A DNA stretch of 64,000 bases, taken from NCBI RefSeq assembly GCF_009914755.1, contig NC_060935.1; one strand, written 5' to 3'. Under the pieces are notes generated by a model. That model was not told the origin of the DNA, did not search any database, and saw only the letters and a list, made by a program, of their open reading frames with translations. Position numbers and translations under genes: made by a program. Source of the stretch: the human T2T-CHM13v2.0 reference genome, Homo sapiens. Positions 60,393 to 64,000 of the stretch are shown here, piece by piece; the first letter of the stretch is position 1, and each line of letters starts with the position of its first letter.

Positions 60393-60662
60393 AAGTTCCT
60401 TAATTTAACACAAGTTTTGTTTCTACCTCAATACTGTGCTCCACCAAAATTCTTATTTGTATTATCGCCAGAAACATAAATAATTTTATCTTCAATGATG
60501 GATTTTTAAACTTAATTTTAAAAACATTTAGAATAATGGCAGATGTTTCACCTTTGACCAAATGAACTTTCAAATATTTTACTGATTTCATGAATTGAAT
60601 TAAAAAGTGGAACCACCATTGAAATGAATTTAACTGGGTTTCTATTTGAAATATCTGATTCA

Positions 60663-60795
60663 TGCTTGAACCCGGGAGGCGGAGGTTGCAGTGAGCTGAG
60701 ATCGTGCCACTGCACTCCAGCCTGGGCCACAGAGCAAGACTCTGTCTCAAAAAAAAAAAAAAAAAAAGAAAGAAAGAAAGAAAGAAAATAAAAGA
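60663..60795 (+). mobile_element. 5'-truncated Alu
   Basis: TSD GAAATATCTGATTCA. Confidence 0.92.
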
Positions 60796-60913
60796 GAAAT
60801 ATCTGATTCAGTCCCTAACATCAGGTATCATCACTTGACTGTAAAGTTTTTATTCATCTAATGGAGCCAACACATTAACAGATTTTGCTGTATAGTTCTT
60901 ACACATGCACAAG

Positions 60914-60950
<37 letters not shown>

Positions 60951-61151
60951 CCAGGTACCTGTTGTGCACTACTTCAGTTTTTTCAGCCTCATCAGTTCTG
61001 CTCAGTCATCACATCGGAGCATCTAAACCGTCTTTCACCTCAGCTCTGCACCTTTGGTTTCGGTTTCCTACTTTCTTTCCCCAAGCTTCTCTGTGAACAT
61101 CTCGGCAGAATGTTTGGCATGCACGCACAGCTTGGAAGTGAGAGGAGGTAA

Positions 61152-61502
<351 letters not shown>

Positions 61503-61820
61503 AGGGGTCAGTTGTTAAATGTTACCGCTTTCTTCCTCTGAAGGGCTGCCTGGAGATGTGTTGAATGTGGCTCTTCAGGCAGTCCCATGAGATTGAATAA
61601 TGAGTCACGTGTAGTGGTAACACTTCTTCATGTTGACGCTCCTTCTTTTCCTCCTTTGCTCTTCCTGTCTCTCATTCCTGCTGGCAAACCACATTCACCA
61701 GTGAAATATCTGAGAGTAAGTATTTATCTTAGGTGCCACTTTCTGGGGAACCCAGGCCAAGATAGCTCAGATCAAAAGAAGCAAAATTCGTTTAACAAAA
61801 TGAAAAGTTATGCTTTAAAG

Positions 61821-62664
<844 letters not shown>

Positions 62665-62955
62665 CTTTGAAGAGTGACACATAAATACAACTTCCACAAT
62701 TGCCTGTGTTATCGTCTTAAAATAATCACTAACTTTTCTTCAGCAGAGTTGTGTCTTCTGGTTTTCATTAGTCGATGATATCACTACGGACTCGATAATA
62801 GTAAATGTTCACAGACATTATGTGCAAGTTACAAGTTCATCAACTTTCTTGAAATACAGAAACTCAGTATTTAATTTTTCATGAAACCTTCCTTCCTTTC
62901 CTTCCTTCCTCTCCTCCTTCCTTTCTTTCTTCTCACTGTTACTGTAGTGAATACT

Positions 62956-63860
<905 letters not shown>

Positions 63861-64000
63861 AGTTGCCCACTTTTTAACAGGATTGTAAAACAACCATTTT
63901 AGATGAGATTTAATTAAACAGTTAAATGTGCTGGGTTGAATTCTATTGTTGTTCAAAAAATAGTAAATACTTCAAAGTGCCAAAAAATCAAGCAGAGTTT

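Overview
Primate (very probably human) non-coding genomic DNA, either intronic or intergenic. I recognise no protein-coding exon, RNA gene or CpG island. Nearly all long ORFs in the track are Alu, microsatellite or L1 read-throughs. The window is dense in repeats: over 50 Alu copies or fragments, two 5'-truncated L1PA elements with ORF2 remnants, older L1M/L2/MIR, ERVL-type LTRs (LTR33, MLT2, LTR16) and DNA-transposon fossils (MER2, MADE1, MER20, MER1A/B, a nested BLACKJACK-like hAT). What repeat annotation does not explain is a set of local copying events. (1) A ~1 kb, ~97% identical inverted duplication (3113-4103 / 7479-8467) lies on top of an older Alu-flank copy (8468-8659). (2) A second Alu-anchored inverted flank duplication lies at 52171-52299 / 53221-53351. 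(3) A 52-bp templated insertion plus a 20-bp palindrome sits inside an Alu (41670-41740; donor 42734-42785). Separately, a 1.15 kb palindromic AT minisatellite lies inside an L1's target-site duplications, and the two L1PA copies 32 kb apart share apparently non-consensus variants. I found no new gene system; the best candidate for something undescribed is recurrent template switching primed by inverted Alus. Family and subfamily calls come from remembered consensus sequences. Coordinates are hand-counted (about +/-10 bp, looser for old repeats), and identities were estimated by eye.
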